NCBI GenBank assembly: GCA_038087875.1
Contig: CM075998.1
Coordinates: forward strand, 1-64,000
Source: Malacoraja senta
Lineage: Eukaryota
DNA length: 64,000 bases
Reading direction: 5' to 3'
Within the stretch, counting starts at the first letter, position 1. Every line of letters starts with the position of its first letter. The position numbers were made by a program, and so were the translations under genes. The notes beneath the pieces were generated by a model that was given only the letters and a program-made list of their open reading frames with translations, was not told the DNA's origin and searched no databases. Below, one piece after another: positions 48,201 through 60,484 of the stretch.

Positions 48201-50112
48201 CTGATCTCGCATTGATCAGGGCCACTTTTGCAGGGGCTGCAGGTGAGTTGAGGGCTGGTAACGGCTCCCACGCCAGCGGGCGGAGGTTCAGGGAGACCAT
48301 GCCGCTGCGCTTCACACAGGGCCTGGCTGGGAGCCCGCGTGCCGGCAGACCTGCGACCGGGAGGATCGACCGGTGAAAGGCAACCTAGTCTCGAGGGACC
48401 GCCGGTGGATGGAACGGTAGGGCCGACCAGATCCGTCCTCACAGCTCTGGGCGAGGTAAGCAGATGTTAAACGGGCACGGGTGGGCGGCCGCCACAAGGC
48501 TGAGCCCATACATCCACCGGGAGCCGAGCGAGGAGCGAACGGTAAGTGAAAACTTGTCCGGGGGGGGGTGGTCAGTCCGGGGGTCGGTCCAAGACTTAGA
48601 CCGGGGCTCTGTCGGAGACCCAGTCCGGTGTCTTGTCCGGGGCTCAGTCCGGGGCCACGGATGAAGATCTCGACGACAGAGGCTCAGCTCTGTCCGGGGC
48701 ATCGTCCAGGGCTCTGTCCGGGGCATCGTCCAGGGCTCTGTCTGGGGCATCGTCCGGGCATCGTCCAGGGCTCTGTCTGGGGCATCGTCCAGGGGCATCG
48801 TCCGGGGCATCGTCCAGGGCTCTGTCTGGGGCATCGTCCAGGGCTCTGTCTGGGGCATCGTCCGGGGCATCGTCCAGGGCTCTGTCTGGGGCATCGTCCG
48901 GGGCATCGTCCGGGGCATCGTCCAGGGCTCTGTCTGGGGCATCCTCCAGGGCTCTGTCTGGGGCATCGTCCGGGGCATCGTCCAGGGCTCTGTCTGGGGC
49001 ATCGTCCAGGGCTCTGTCTGGGGCATCGTCCAGGGCTCTGTCTGGGGCATCGTCCGGGGCATCGTCCAGGGCTCTGTCTGGGGCATCGTCCGGGGCATCG
49101 TCCAGGGCTCTGTCTGGGGCATCGTCCAGGGCTCTGTCTGGGGCATCGTCCAGGGCATCGTCCGGGCATCGTCCGGGGCATCGTCCAGGGCTCTGTCTGG
49201 GGCATCGTCCAGGGCTCTGTCCGGGCATCGTCCATGGCTCTGTCTGGGGCATCGTCCAGGGCTCTGTCTGGGGCATCGTCCAGGGCTCTGTCCGGGGCAC
49301 CTTCCGGGGCATCGTCCAGGGCTCTGTCTGGGGCATCGTCCAGGGCATCGTCCAGGGCTCTGTCTGGGGCATCGTCCAGGGCTCTGTCTGGGGCATCGTC
49401 CGGGGCATCGTCCGGGGCATCGTCTGGGGCATCGTCCAGGGGCATCGTCCCGGGCTCTGTCTGGGGCATCGTCCGGGGCATCGTCCAGGGCTCTGTCTGG
49501 GGCATCGTCCAGGGCTCTGTCCGGGGCATCGTCCGGGGCATCGTCCAGGGCTCTGTCTGGGGCATCGTCCGGGGCATCGTCCAGGGCTCTGTCTGGGGCA
49601 TCGTCCAGGGCTCTGTCCGGGGCATCGTCCGGGGCATCGTCCAGGGCTCTGTCTGGGGCATCGTCCGGGGCATCGTCCAGGGCTCTGTCCGGGGCTCCGT
49701 CCGGGGCATCGTCCGGGACATCGTCCGGGGCATCGTCCGGGGCATCGTCCAGGGCTCTGTCTGGGGCATCGTCCAGGGCTCTGTCTGGGGCATCGTCCGG
49801 GGCATCGTCCGGGGCATCGTCCAGGGGCATCGTCCAGGGGCATCGTCCGGGGCATCGTCCAGGGGCATCGTCCGGGGCATCGTCCAGGGGCATCGTCCAG
49901 GGCATCGTCCAGGGGCATCGTCCGGGGCATCGTCCAGGGCATCGGGTGAAGACCTCGACGACCGAGGCTTGTATATTCAATAATGTTTGCTTGTATATTC
50001 AATAAGCTTTGACTGCAGGCCATACGAACGGTAGAGATTACCTTTAACGGGTCTTTGTTCAGGCGGGAGACGATGGGCAGCCAAACACAACGGCGTGGCC
50101 ATCTTGGAAAGG
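45294..50112 (-). mobile_element. Apparently full-length L2-clade LINE with a 5' VNTR
   Basis: Endonuclease 47066-48151 (GDFN, GHTLDL, SDH), RT (NYRPISKLPF, LDLSAAFDTVDH, YADDTQLY), (TTGAC)n tail; 5' end CCAAGATGGCC. Confidence 0.92.
48685..49943. repeat. GC-rich minisatellite of two 12-bp modules
   Basis: GGGGCATCGTCC and AGGGCTCTGTCT(C) mixed over ~1.25 kb. Confidence 0.97.
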
Positions 50113-51384
50113 CTGTACTTTTTTCGAGGATGTAACTAGTATGTAATTAGTGGATAAGGGAGAACCAGTGGATGTGTTGTATCTGGACTTTCAGAAGGCT
50201 TTCGACAAGGTACCACATAAGAGATTAGTATACAAACTTAAATCACACGGTATTGGGGGTTCAGTATTGATGTGGATAGAAAACTGGCTGGCAGACAGGA
50301 AGCAAAGAGTAGGAGTAAACGGGTCCTTTTCACAATGGCAGGCAGTGACTAGTGGGGTACCACAAGGCTCAGTGCTGGGACCCCAGCTATTTACAATTTA
50401 TATTAATGATTTGGACGAGGGAATTGAATGCAACATCTCCAAGTTTGCAGATGACACGAAGCTGGGGGGCAGTGTTAGCTGTGAGGAGGATGCTAGGAGG
50501 CTGCAAGGTGACTTTATTAAGCTGGGTAGGCTGGATGAGTGGGCAAATGTATGGCAGATGCAGTATAATGTGGATAAATGAGGTTATCCACTTTGGTGGC
50601 AAAAACAGGAAAGTAGACTATTATCTGAATGGTGGCCGATTAGGAAAAGGGGAGATGCAACGAGACCCGGGTGTCATGGTACACCAGTCATTGAAAGTAG
50701 GCATGCAGGTGCAGCAGGCAGTGAAGAAAGTGAATGGTATGTTAGCATTCATAGCAAAATGATTTGAGTATAGGAGCAGGGAAGTTCTACTGCAGTTGTA
50801 CAGGGTCTTGGTGAGACCACACCTGGAGTATTGCGTACAGTTTTGGTCTCCTAATCTGAGGAAAGACATTCTTGCCATAGAGGGAGTGCAGAGAAGGTTC
50901 ACCAGACTGATTCCTGGGATGTCAGGACTTTCATATGAAGAAAGACTGGATAGACTCGGCTTGTACTCGCTGGAATTTAGAAGATTGAGGGGGGATCTTA
51001 TAGAAACGTACAACATTCTTAAGGGGTTGGACAGGCTAGATGCAGGAAGATTGTTCCCGATGTTGGGGAAGTCCAGAACAAGGGGTCACACAGTTTAAGG
51101 ATAAAGGGGAAATCTTTTAGGACCGAGATGAGAAGAACATTTTTCACACAGAGAGTGGTGAATCTGTGGAATTCTCTGCCACAGAAGGTAGTTGAGGCCA
51201 GTTCATTGGCTATATTTAAGAGGGAGTTAGATGTGGCCCTTGTGGTTAAAGGGATCAGGGGGTATGGAGAGAAGGCAGGTACAGGATACTGAGTTGGATG
51301 ATCAGCCATGATCATATTGAATGGCGGTGCAGGCTCGAAGGGCCGAATGGCCTACTCCTGCACCTATTGTCTATGTTTCTATGT

Positions 51385-53930
51385 AAAGGCAGATCCAAAA
51401 TGTCTGTTCATCTCATCTGCCAATTCCTTGTTCCCCATAATAAATTCACCCTTTTCAGTCCTTTGATAAGGGAACTTGAAATACTACTGAAGAAGATCAT
51501 CCCTGATCCTCAGTGCACCAAGAAATAAAGTCCTAGCATGCTCAACCTCTAAACTAGTAACATCCTCGTAAATCTTTTCTTCCTTATTTCAGCTTAAGAA
51601 CATTCTATATCAAGGTGACCAAAACTGAACACAATACTCCAAAGTATCAATGTCTTGTACAATTGTAACATTGTTGTACATCCCAAGTTCTCTACTTAAT
51701 ACTCTAAATGATGAAGGCCAATGTGCTAAAGTCTTCTTGATCACTCTAATACATGATACAAGTAGAATTAGGCCATTCAGCCCATCAAGTCTACTTTACC
51801 ATTCAATCATGGCTGATCTATCTCTCCCTCCTAACCCCATTCTCCTGCCTTTTCCCCATAACCTCTGACACCTGTACTAATCAACAATCTATCTACCCCT
51901 GCCTTCAAATATCTACTGACTTGGCCTCCACAATGAATTCCACAGATTTACCACCCTCTGATTTAAGAGATTTCTCCACATTTCCTTCCTAAAAGAACGT
52001 CCTTTAATTCTGAGCAAATGACCTCTGGTCCTGGACTTTCCCACTAGTGGAAACATCCTCTCCACATCCACGCTATCCAAGCCTTTCACTATTTTGTATG
52101 TTTCAATGAGGTCCCCCCCTCATTCTTCTTAAATCCAGCAAGTACATGCCCAGTTCCAACAAATGCTCATCATATGTTAACCTACTCATTCCTGGAATCA
52201 AACCACCTTTAGACCCTCTCCAGAGCTAGAACATCCTCAGATATGGTGCCCAAACGTGCTCACAATATTCCAAATGCTGCCTTACCAGTGCCTTATAGAG
52301 CCTCGGTAATGTTTCCCTGTTTTTGTATACAAGCCCTCTTGAAATAAATGCTGGCATTGAGTTTGTTTTCTTTACCACTAATTTGACTTGCAGATTAACT
52401 TTATGGGAATCTTGCACTAGCACTTCCAAGTCCCCTTGCACCTCTGATTTCTGAATTCTCTCCCCATTTAGAAAATACTCTACTACCAAAATGTGTGATT
52501 CCACAGTTTGATACACTGTATCCCATCTGCCACTTCTCTACCCACTCTCCCAACCTGTCCAAGTCCTTCTGTAGAGTTCCTGCTCTCTCTACACTACCTG
52601 CCCCTCAACCTATTATCGTATCATTCGCAAACTTGGCCACCAAGCTTTAAATCCCCTCGTCCAAATCATTAATATACAACGTGAAGAGTAGCTGCCCTAG
52701 TACCGACCCCTGCGGAACTCCGCTAGTCACTGGCAGCGAACCAGAAAAATCCCCCTTTATTGCCACTCTTTGTCTTCTGCTATCTTGATATCCATTAGCT
52801 GTTATCTGTTCTTTGATACTGTGGCCTCTCGTCTTCCTTAGCAGCCTAATGTGTTGCACCTTTTCAAAGGCTTTCTGAAAATCCAGGTAAACAACTTCTG
52901 TGTGAATACCAGCACATTTGTCAAGCAAGAACTCCCCTTCACAAAGCCATGCTGACTTTGGCCTATTTTATCATGAACTTCAAAGTACGCAACCTCATCC
53001 TTTATAGTGGACTCTAAAATCACACCAACCACCAGTAAGATTAACCAGCCTATAGTTCTGACTATTCTGTTTTGCTTCGTTCTTATGCAGCGGGGTAATA
53101 GTGGCAATTTTCCAATCATCTGGGACCACTCCTGGCTTTTAATATAACTGAAGAAACTCTTGTTATCCTCTTTTATATTATTATTCAGCTTACCTTTGTA
53201 TTTCATTTTTTCTCCCCGTATTGCCTTTTTAGTTGCCTTCTAGAAGCAGAAAATAGGTGCAGGAGTAGGCCATTCGGACCCTTAAGCCAGCACTGTCATT
53301 CAAAATTATCATGGCTGGTCATCCTAAATCATTACCCCATTCCTGCTTTCTCCCCACATCCCTTAGATCTAAGACCTATATCTAACTCTTTTTTAAACAT
53401 CCAGTGAATTGGCCTCCACTGCCATCTATGGCAGAGAATTCCACAGATTCACAACTAACTGGATGAAAATGTTTTTCCTCAACTCAGTCCTAAATGGCCT
53501 ACCCCTTATTCTTAAATAAAGGACAACAGAAGGAAACAAAATGGGCAATACGGGCTGAAAAGATGAAGTACGAAGGGAAGCTGGCCAGGAATATAAAGAA
53601 GGACAGTAAAAGCTTCTTTAGATATGTTAAGGGAAAAAGAATAACAAAGTCAAATGTGGGTCCCTTGAAGGCAGACACGGGTGAAATTATTATGGAACAA
53701 GGAAATGGCAGAAGAGTTGAACAGGTACTTCGGATCTGTCTTCACTAAGGAAGACACAAACAATCTCCCAGATGTACTGGAGGACAGAGGATCTAAGGGG
53801 GCAGAGGAACTGAAATACATTTTCATTAGGGGAAAAATAGTATTGGGTAGGCTAATGGGACTGAAGGATGATAAATCCCCGGGGCCTGATGTTCTGCATC
53901 CCAGGGTCCTCAGGGAGGTGGATCTAGAAA
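51385..53930. mobile_element. Cluster of older CR1 fragments (mostly -, + at ~53520-53930)
   Basis: [23 protein letters not shown] and KSPGPD peptides and several CR1 tails. Confidence 0.8.
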
Positions 53931-54650
53931 TGACCGCTCAGTCAAAACGCCACCTACCCGAAAGGCGGCGTCGCCAACAAGCCAAAGGACCGACTGCCGC
54001 TCAACAGAAAAGTGCAATAACAGACATGACATTGCCGGGGGGCAAGAGTTGTCAGCGATTGGTCCAGACCCCCGCGTCCATCACATCACTGTGAAGGCAT
54101 GAACATTGTCCCAAACCTCCGCTCCACCCGACCCACAGCCCGTGGAGGGTGGCCGTGGGAGAGTGAGGGCTGTCCCGAGGGATGCGCACCTTCGGCCGCT
54201 TTCAACTTGGTGCTAGTGTTCAAATTGTCCAGTCACCTATGGCTTGTCTGGGAAAATGACCCCCACGTTCCTGTCTCCCCCTTCTCTCTCTCCCTTCTCT
54301 CTCTCTTCCCCCCTTCTCTCTCTCTTCCCCCTTCTCTCTCACCCCTACTCCCACTCTCCCTCCCTTCTCTCTCTCCCCTTCTCTCTTTCTCTCCCCTCTT
54401 CTCTCTCTCCCCCCCTGTCTCTCGCCTTCTCTCTCTCCCCTCCTTTCTCTCCCTTCTCTCTTCTCTCTTTCTGTCCCCTTTTCTCTCTCTCTCTCTCCCC
54501 TTCTCTCTCCCCCCCTCTTATGCAGAGCGGCTATGGAAGTTGAGAAATCTGGCAGCGGCCCGTGTGAAAATACAGCACCTACCAACAATGAAGGCACTGT
54601 GAAACCAGCTGCCGCAAGTCCTTCCCATGGGACGGGGTTTTAACTTGGTA
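53931..54650 (+). mobile_element. Possible Helitron-derived insertion with a CT-rich tract
   Basis: CR1 ends abruptly; imperfect GC hairpin then TTGGTGCTAG|T at 54185-54217; CT-rich 54270-54520; second hairpin-like end near 54625-54650. Confidence 0.4.
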
Positions 54651-55375
54651 TTAAAAATTTAAACAAAGCTACATTGATTTTTTTTTTTTAATGTTACATT
54701 TATAAATCGTTCTTACATTCAGGAACCTGGTTAATTAACTGTTGGCATTATTTCGCTGTCCTTGCGGTATTTGTTTTAGCCGGTGATTACATCCATTTCT
54801 TCACTCCTTCGCAAAGATGTGTGATTTCAATTTGAGCGCACTTGTTTGAATAGATGCAAACTGTTTGTAAAGCGTCTCTTCAAGGCACGCAATACACGAA
54901 GCCGATGAAATGAGACAACTGTCACATCAAAGACAGACACAAAATGCAGGAGTAACTCAGCTAAACAGGCAGCATCTCTGGAGAGAAGGAATGGGTGGCA
55001 TTTCGAGTACCTTCAGACAACACCCACTCTCCCACGGCCACAGCCTCGTCTCCCCCATGCGGCTGCACTGTGATGGGCTGTGTGTTGCCAGCGCTGGGAG
55101 CAGCAGATGTGTAGGACAGGCTGGTCCCTCCGCCCACCCAGAGTCACTGAGCGTGATGCACCGCCATCAGACCCCAATCCCCACACCAGGGTGATTCACC
55201 CCCCCGGACCCCGACCCACACACACATGGGGTGATTCACCCCCGACACCCACACCGGGTGATTCACCCCCACCCCAGCCAGGGGGACAGATGGCTCGGGG
55301 CATTGGCAGCCATAGTAAATCGCTTATAAAACATGTGGGGACAAGGGATATGTGGAGAAGGCAGGCATGGGTTAT

Positions 55376-56328
55376 TCAAGTCGTCAAGTCACATTTATTT
55401 ATATAGCACATTTAAAAAACAACTCGTTGGCCAAAGTGCTTTAAATTTGGTATAAGAATAGCACAAACAAAACAAACTCCATACATATATACATGTAGCC
55501 CTCACTCAGAGGATGTCAGGAAAGGATTGGGAATATAGATAAGGTTTTAGTCTTGACTTAAAGGAGTCGATGGAGGGGGCAGTTCTGATGGGAAAGGGGA
55601 TGCTGTTCCACAGTCTAGGAGCTGCAACCGCAAAGGCGCGGTCGCCCCTGAGCTTATGCCTAGACCGTGGGATATTCAGCAGCCCAAGTTGGCCGATCTG
55701 AGGGGCCTGGAGGTGGAGTGGTGGGTGAGAAGACTTTTTATGTAGGTGGGGGCAAGCCCATTGAGGGCTTTGTAGACATGGAGGAGGATCTTGAAGTTTA
55801 TACGGAACCAACCGCACAGGTAGCCAGTGGAGAGAGGCCAGGATCGGGATGATGTGGTCCCTTTTTCGGGTGCCCGTCAGGAATCTCGCTGCGGCGTTTT
55901 GGACCAGTTGCAGGCGGGACAGGGAAGATTGGCTGATGCCAGTGTAAAGGGAGTTGCAGTAATCTAGGCGGGAGGAGATAAATGTGTGGATGATCTTTTC
56001 GAGGTCATCAAAGTGGAGGAATTGTTTTATTTTAGCTATCGTCCGAAGCTGAAAGAAGCTAGCTTTTACCACGGCATTGACTTGTTTGTCAAATTTCAGC
56101 GCTGAGTCAAATGTCACGCCAAGGTTTTTGACGTGAGGTTTGAGTAGTGGGGTAAGGCTGACTGCTATCATTTTGATTGGGGCCGAGAAGGATGACCTCA
56201 GACTTACTCTCGTTTAGTTGGAGGAAGTTCTGGGCCATCCAACACTATATATCCTCGAGGCAGTGGGTAAGGTTAAACAGATTTGATTGTTTTTTGGGCT
56301 TCAGGGGGAGATAGAGTTGTGTATCGTC
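55376..56328 (-). mobile_element. 5'-truncated L2 LINE
   Basis: SRLDYCNSL, LQLVQNAAAR and GDRAFAVAAPRLWN in ORF 55506-56171. Confidence 0.9.
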
Positions 56329-56419
56329 TATTGATAGGGAACGATCAGCCATGATCACAATGAATGGCAGTGCAGGCTCAAAGGGCCGAATGGCCTCCTT
56401 CTGCACCTATTGTCTATGT

Positions 56420-59400
56420 TTCTATGCTATGTTCTATGTTCTTATTTCTCTCCTTCCCAATCGTTCAAACTCTCCCTGCACCCTCTCAACATACTCAGTC
56501 TTTTCTTAATCACATACTTTAGTCTGTTTTACAAATAACATTCTCGGAGCACATACCTTCTAACACTGTCCCTCCCCTCCACCTTAGCAATGGTAGGGGT
56601 TGTTAGAAAGGCCTGGTAGGATCCTTCCCATATAGTCCCTTCCTCGTCCAATTCTTGATCATTATATAATACCAGGTTTAATCTTAGATGGAGTGGTTAG
56701 AGGTTGGAGTTCAACATACGCTGCTCGTACCCTGGAATGTAGTTCTCCCAATGCCCTGGTTAATGATAAAATATAGTTAGTCATTTCCATTGCCATGTGA
56801 TGAAATTGAACAGCCTTTGTAGTATTCTGGTTCCATGGGGTTCTGAGTGGGCGGCCATATACAATCTGTGCTGGACTCAACTGCCTTCTCTGCTGGGGCG
56901 GTGCACATCTGGAATAGCGCCACAGGGAGTAGTTTAAGCCTGTTTCAATCTGTAATTTTGCGAGTTTGTATTTCAATGTTTGATTGCCTCATTCAACGAG
57001 TTCAGCAGCCTTTGGCCGATAGGCACTATGTAATTACTGTTTGATACCCATCTAAACACAGAATTCTTTGGTCACCTTTCCCACGAAATGAGGGCCATTA
57101 TCCAAACTCAGCCCAGTTGGGATTCCATACCTGGATATAATTTCTTTCAAAAGTACTTTAACAATGGTAGAAGCTTTGTTGTCCATGGTAGGATAAGCTT
57201 CAATCCATTTACTAAAGACATCTACAATAACGAATATATATTTAAAACTGACATCTTTCCTACTCAATGTAGTCCATCTGGACGGTCTCAAAGGAACCCA
57301 ATAGGTTATACCCTTCCTGGGGTTATATTTCTGACAGGTCAGACAATGACTACTGATCCCCTGATCCATAGTCTGCAAGTTTGGATGCCACCAAGTATCT
57401 AAAAGTGTATCACCAGTTGCTCGGGCACCACAGTGAGTTGCAAAGTGTATACATTCAATATCCCACATGGCGAGTTCATCTGACATACATGTTTGCCCTG
57501 TAACCCATAATCCCGACATGCAATCAACTGTACAACCGAGCTGTTTCCACATTTCTATATCTCAACCAAGAGCATCCTCCTGTTATCTAACGACATCTTG
57601 GATGGTTGGCATTGGTTTGTCCAAGGGAAACATAGAAAATAGGTGCCATTCGGCCCTTTCGAGCCAGCACCACCATTCACTGTGATCATGGTTGATCATC
57701 CCCAATCAATAACCCGTGCGTGCCTTCTCCCCAAGGGAGACTTGTCTTTGTCTATGCTTTTAGTCTGCCTCATCATTTTAGGTACTAACACCCAGTGCCA
57801 CTGGGACTCTTCCTTAACTAATTGGTCGGCATGGTGATATCCAACATCTACTGGGGTTTAGCCCGTAGTACATTTCATAGCGGAAATTTGTTTAGACAAC
57901 ATTAGGGCTTGTAACAGGTCTGATACCAATTTCCCGTGGGATATTTGTGTGCCTGCTGAAGTCAATAATCCCCTGTTTTTCCTCATTTGACCAAAGTCAC
58001 AGATCACTCATATATAAAACCATATAACCATATAACAATGACAGCACGGAAACAGGCCATCTCGGCCCTTCTAGTCCGTGCCAAACACTTATTCTCCCCT
58101 AGTTCCATCTACCTGCACTCAGACCATAACCCTCCATTCCTTTCCCGTCCATATACCTATCCAATTTATTTTTAAATTATAAAATCGAACCAGCCTCCAC
58201 CACTTCCACTGGAAGCTCATTCCACACAGCTACCACTCTCTGAGTAAAGAAGTTCCCCCTCATGTTACCCCTAAACTTCTGTCCCTTAATTTTCAAATCG
58301 TCCTCTTGTTTGAATCTTCCCTACTCTCAATGGGAAAAGCTTATCCACGTCCACTCTGTCTATCCCTCTCATCATTTTAAAGAACTCTTATCGTCCCCAC
58401 TTAATCTTCTGCGTTCCAAAGTATAAAGACCTAACTTGTTCAACCTTTCTCTGTAACTTAGTTGCTGAAACCCAGGCAACATTCTAGTAAATATCCTCTG
58501 TACTCTCTATTTTGTTGACATCTTTCCTATAATTTGGCGACCAAAATTGTACTCCATACTCCAGAATTGGCCTCACCAATGCCTTGTACAATTTTAACAT
58601 TACATCCCAACTTCTATACTCAATGCTCTGATTTATAAAGGCCAGCACACCAAAAGCTTTCTTTACCACCCTATCTACATGAGATTCCACCTTGAGGGAA
58701 CTATGCACAGTTATTCCTAGATCCCTCTGTTCAACTGCATTCCTCAATTCTCTACCATTTACCATGTACGTCCTATTTTGATTTGTCCTGCCAAGATGTA
58801 GCACCTCACACTTATCAGCATTAAACTCCATCTGCCATCTTTCAGCCCACTCTTCCAAATGGCCTAAATCTCTGTTGACTTTGAAAATCTACTTATTTAT
58901 CCACAGCCCCGCCTATCTTAGTAGCATCTGCATACTTACTAATCCAATTTACCACACCATCATCCAGAGCATATCTGAAGTCAGTATAAACGTTGATTCC
59001 CATGTCCTTCCCCAAGATGCAGGCTCTTATCAGGGCAAACTGTTCCGCTTGTTTGGTAGAGAATGATGAATGGTGTTTCAAGGGCCGCCGCCTCCACATT
59101 ATTGCCATCCTGATCTATAATTATGTATCCTGAATGTTTTTCACCTAGAGATCCAATTGATGCACTCCCATCTACATACAAAGTTAAGTCGGGTGTGTCA
59201 TGGGAATATCCGTTAATCTTCCCGAACACAAGTATGTTCACAAATAAGCAGTCATGAACGTTTTCCTGGAGAGCTAGCTGGATGGGATCAATCTCAACAC
59301 ATCCTACCTGAGTAGAGTCTTCTGCCCACACCTGTTGGTCCACATACTCTGTTACTTCACTCCCCAGATGATGGCGTAGCTGTGTAGTAACCCTCCTTGG

Positions 59401-60480
59401 TGGCTGATAAAATTGAACAGTACAGTCAGTTCTTGTTCCTGGCTCTGGATTTGCCAGACTGATTGCTTGCTTAACCATAGCTCCCAAATCCTTTGCATGA
59501 AATGGGAAACGTCTTTGTTACATGCAGGATAACCTCAGAGTCCAGCTTCCACAATTCTGAAGGCACCTCAGCATACTCTGCTGTTCACTGTAGTCCGGTC
59601 ACTAATGCCAAAATGGTTACATCCTATCTAGTTCCTTCACGGGACTTGAAATGTTTTCCAGCTCTTTATCTCTGCCACTTCGGTCACATGGAGTGAGGGT
59701 TCATCATTCAGTTTCATTGGAGTATTACTGACGTCTATCCCGGTATCTTCACAAACAATCGTTAACTGAAATGTACATAACAAATCTCGGGCCAACAGAT
59801 TACAATCTAAGCCCATGGTGAGAGATGGGGTATTGACATGTAAAGCCGATACTTGTCAATGACTACATTGCTGATCTGATCCACGCCGGGTTTTACTGTG
59901 CCATCTAGTGGAGTGCAGTCAGTTAAGCAACATTTTGTTTGCAGGATGTTCACTATGCCCTCTAGTGGTATGCAGTCAGTTAACTTTGTTTTCTCTACTT
60001 CATACGGTGGGGGTTGTTGGAATATGTGGATACTGGTACATGTTCTACTCCCCCACTCATCAAATCAATCCTCGACGTCTCTCTCTATAGAACCAAAGCC
60101 AACCATTAGACCAAGCAAGCTGCTGTTCAAGTCCTCTCTAAGACTAAGAAAGTGGATCACATCACTCCGGTTGTGAGCTCCATCCATTTCTGTAGTTGAT
60201 CTATATCCCACTGCATACTGTTGAATGAATGAATAAGTTTCTTGGCCAAGTATTCACATACAAGGAATTTCCCTTGGTGCTCCGCCCACAAGTAACAACA
60301 TGACATACAGTGATAGTTAGGAATGACACAAAACATTAAACATTAATCATTAAACATTAATAACAAAAAAGCCTTTGATAGCCTTTCACACAGTCCATGA
60401 CCCCAGGAATCCAGGTTTTTAATCTACTGTACATTTTTGTCTATGACATTTATATTAAAGCTTATGAAATACAATATGCA
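56420..60480 (-). mobile_element. Decayed epsilon-like ERV pol region (PR remnant, RNase H, integrase), interrupted by LINE pieces
   Basis: NLLARDLLC (PR), LYVDGSAS and AEQFALIRAC...VYTD (RNase H), H-H-C-C, VDVFSKWIEAYP, DNGPHF and WEG.Y (IN); no LTR recognised; ends approximate. Confidence 0.82.
58018..58966 (-). mobile_element. 5'-truncated CR1 inserted in the ERV RNase H
   Basis: RT C-terminus ORF 58484-58858 and tail; same subfamily as 19080-21790. Confidence 0.9.
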
Positions 60481-60484
60481 GTTG

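Larger units (their letters stand above)
42121..51383 (+). mobile_element. CR1 LINE ORF2 split by Penelope and L2 insertions
   Basis: Endonuclease 42420-43100; RT pieces 43124-43577, 44804-45293 and 50120-51098; 3' tail at 51290-51383. Confidence 0.9.

Noticed and set aside
48439..50023. 400-500 aa ORFs in several frames on both strands
   Set aside because: Stop-free minisatellite; open frames on both strands give no evidence of coding
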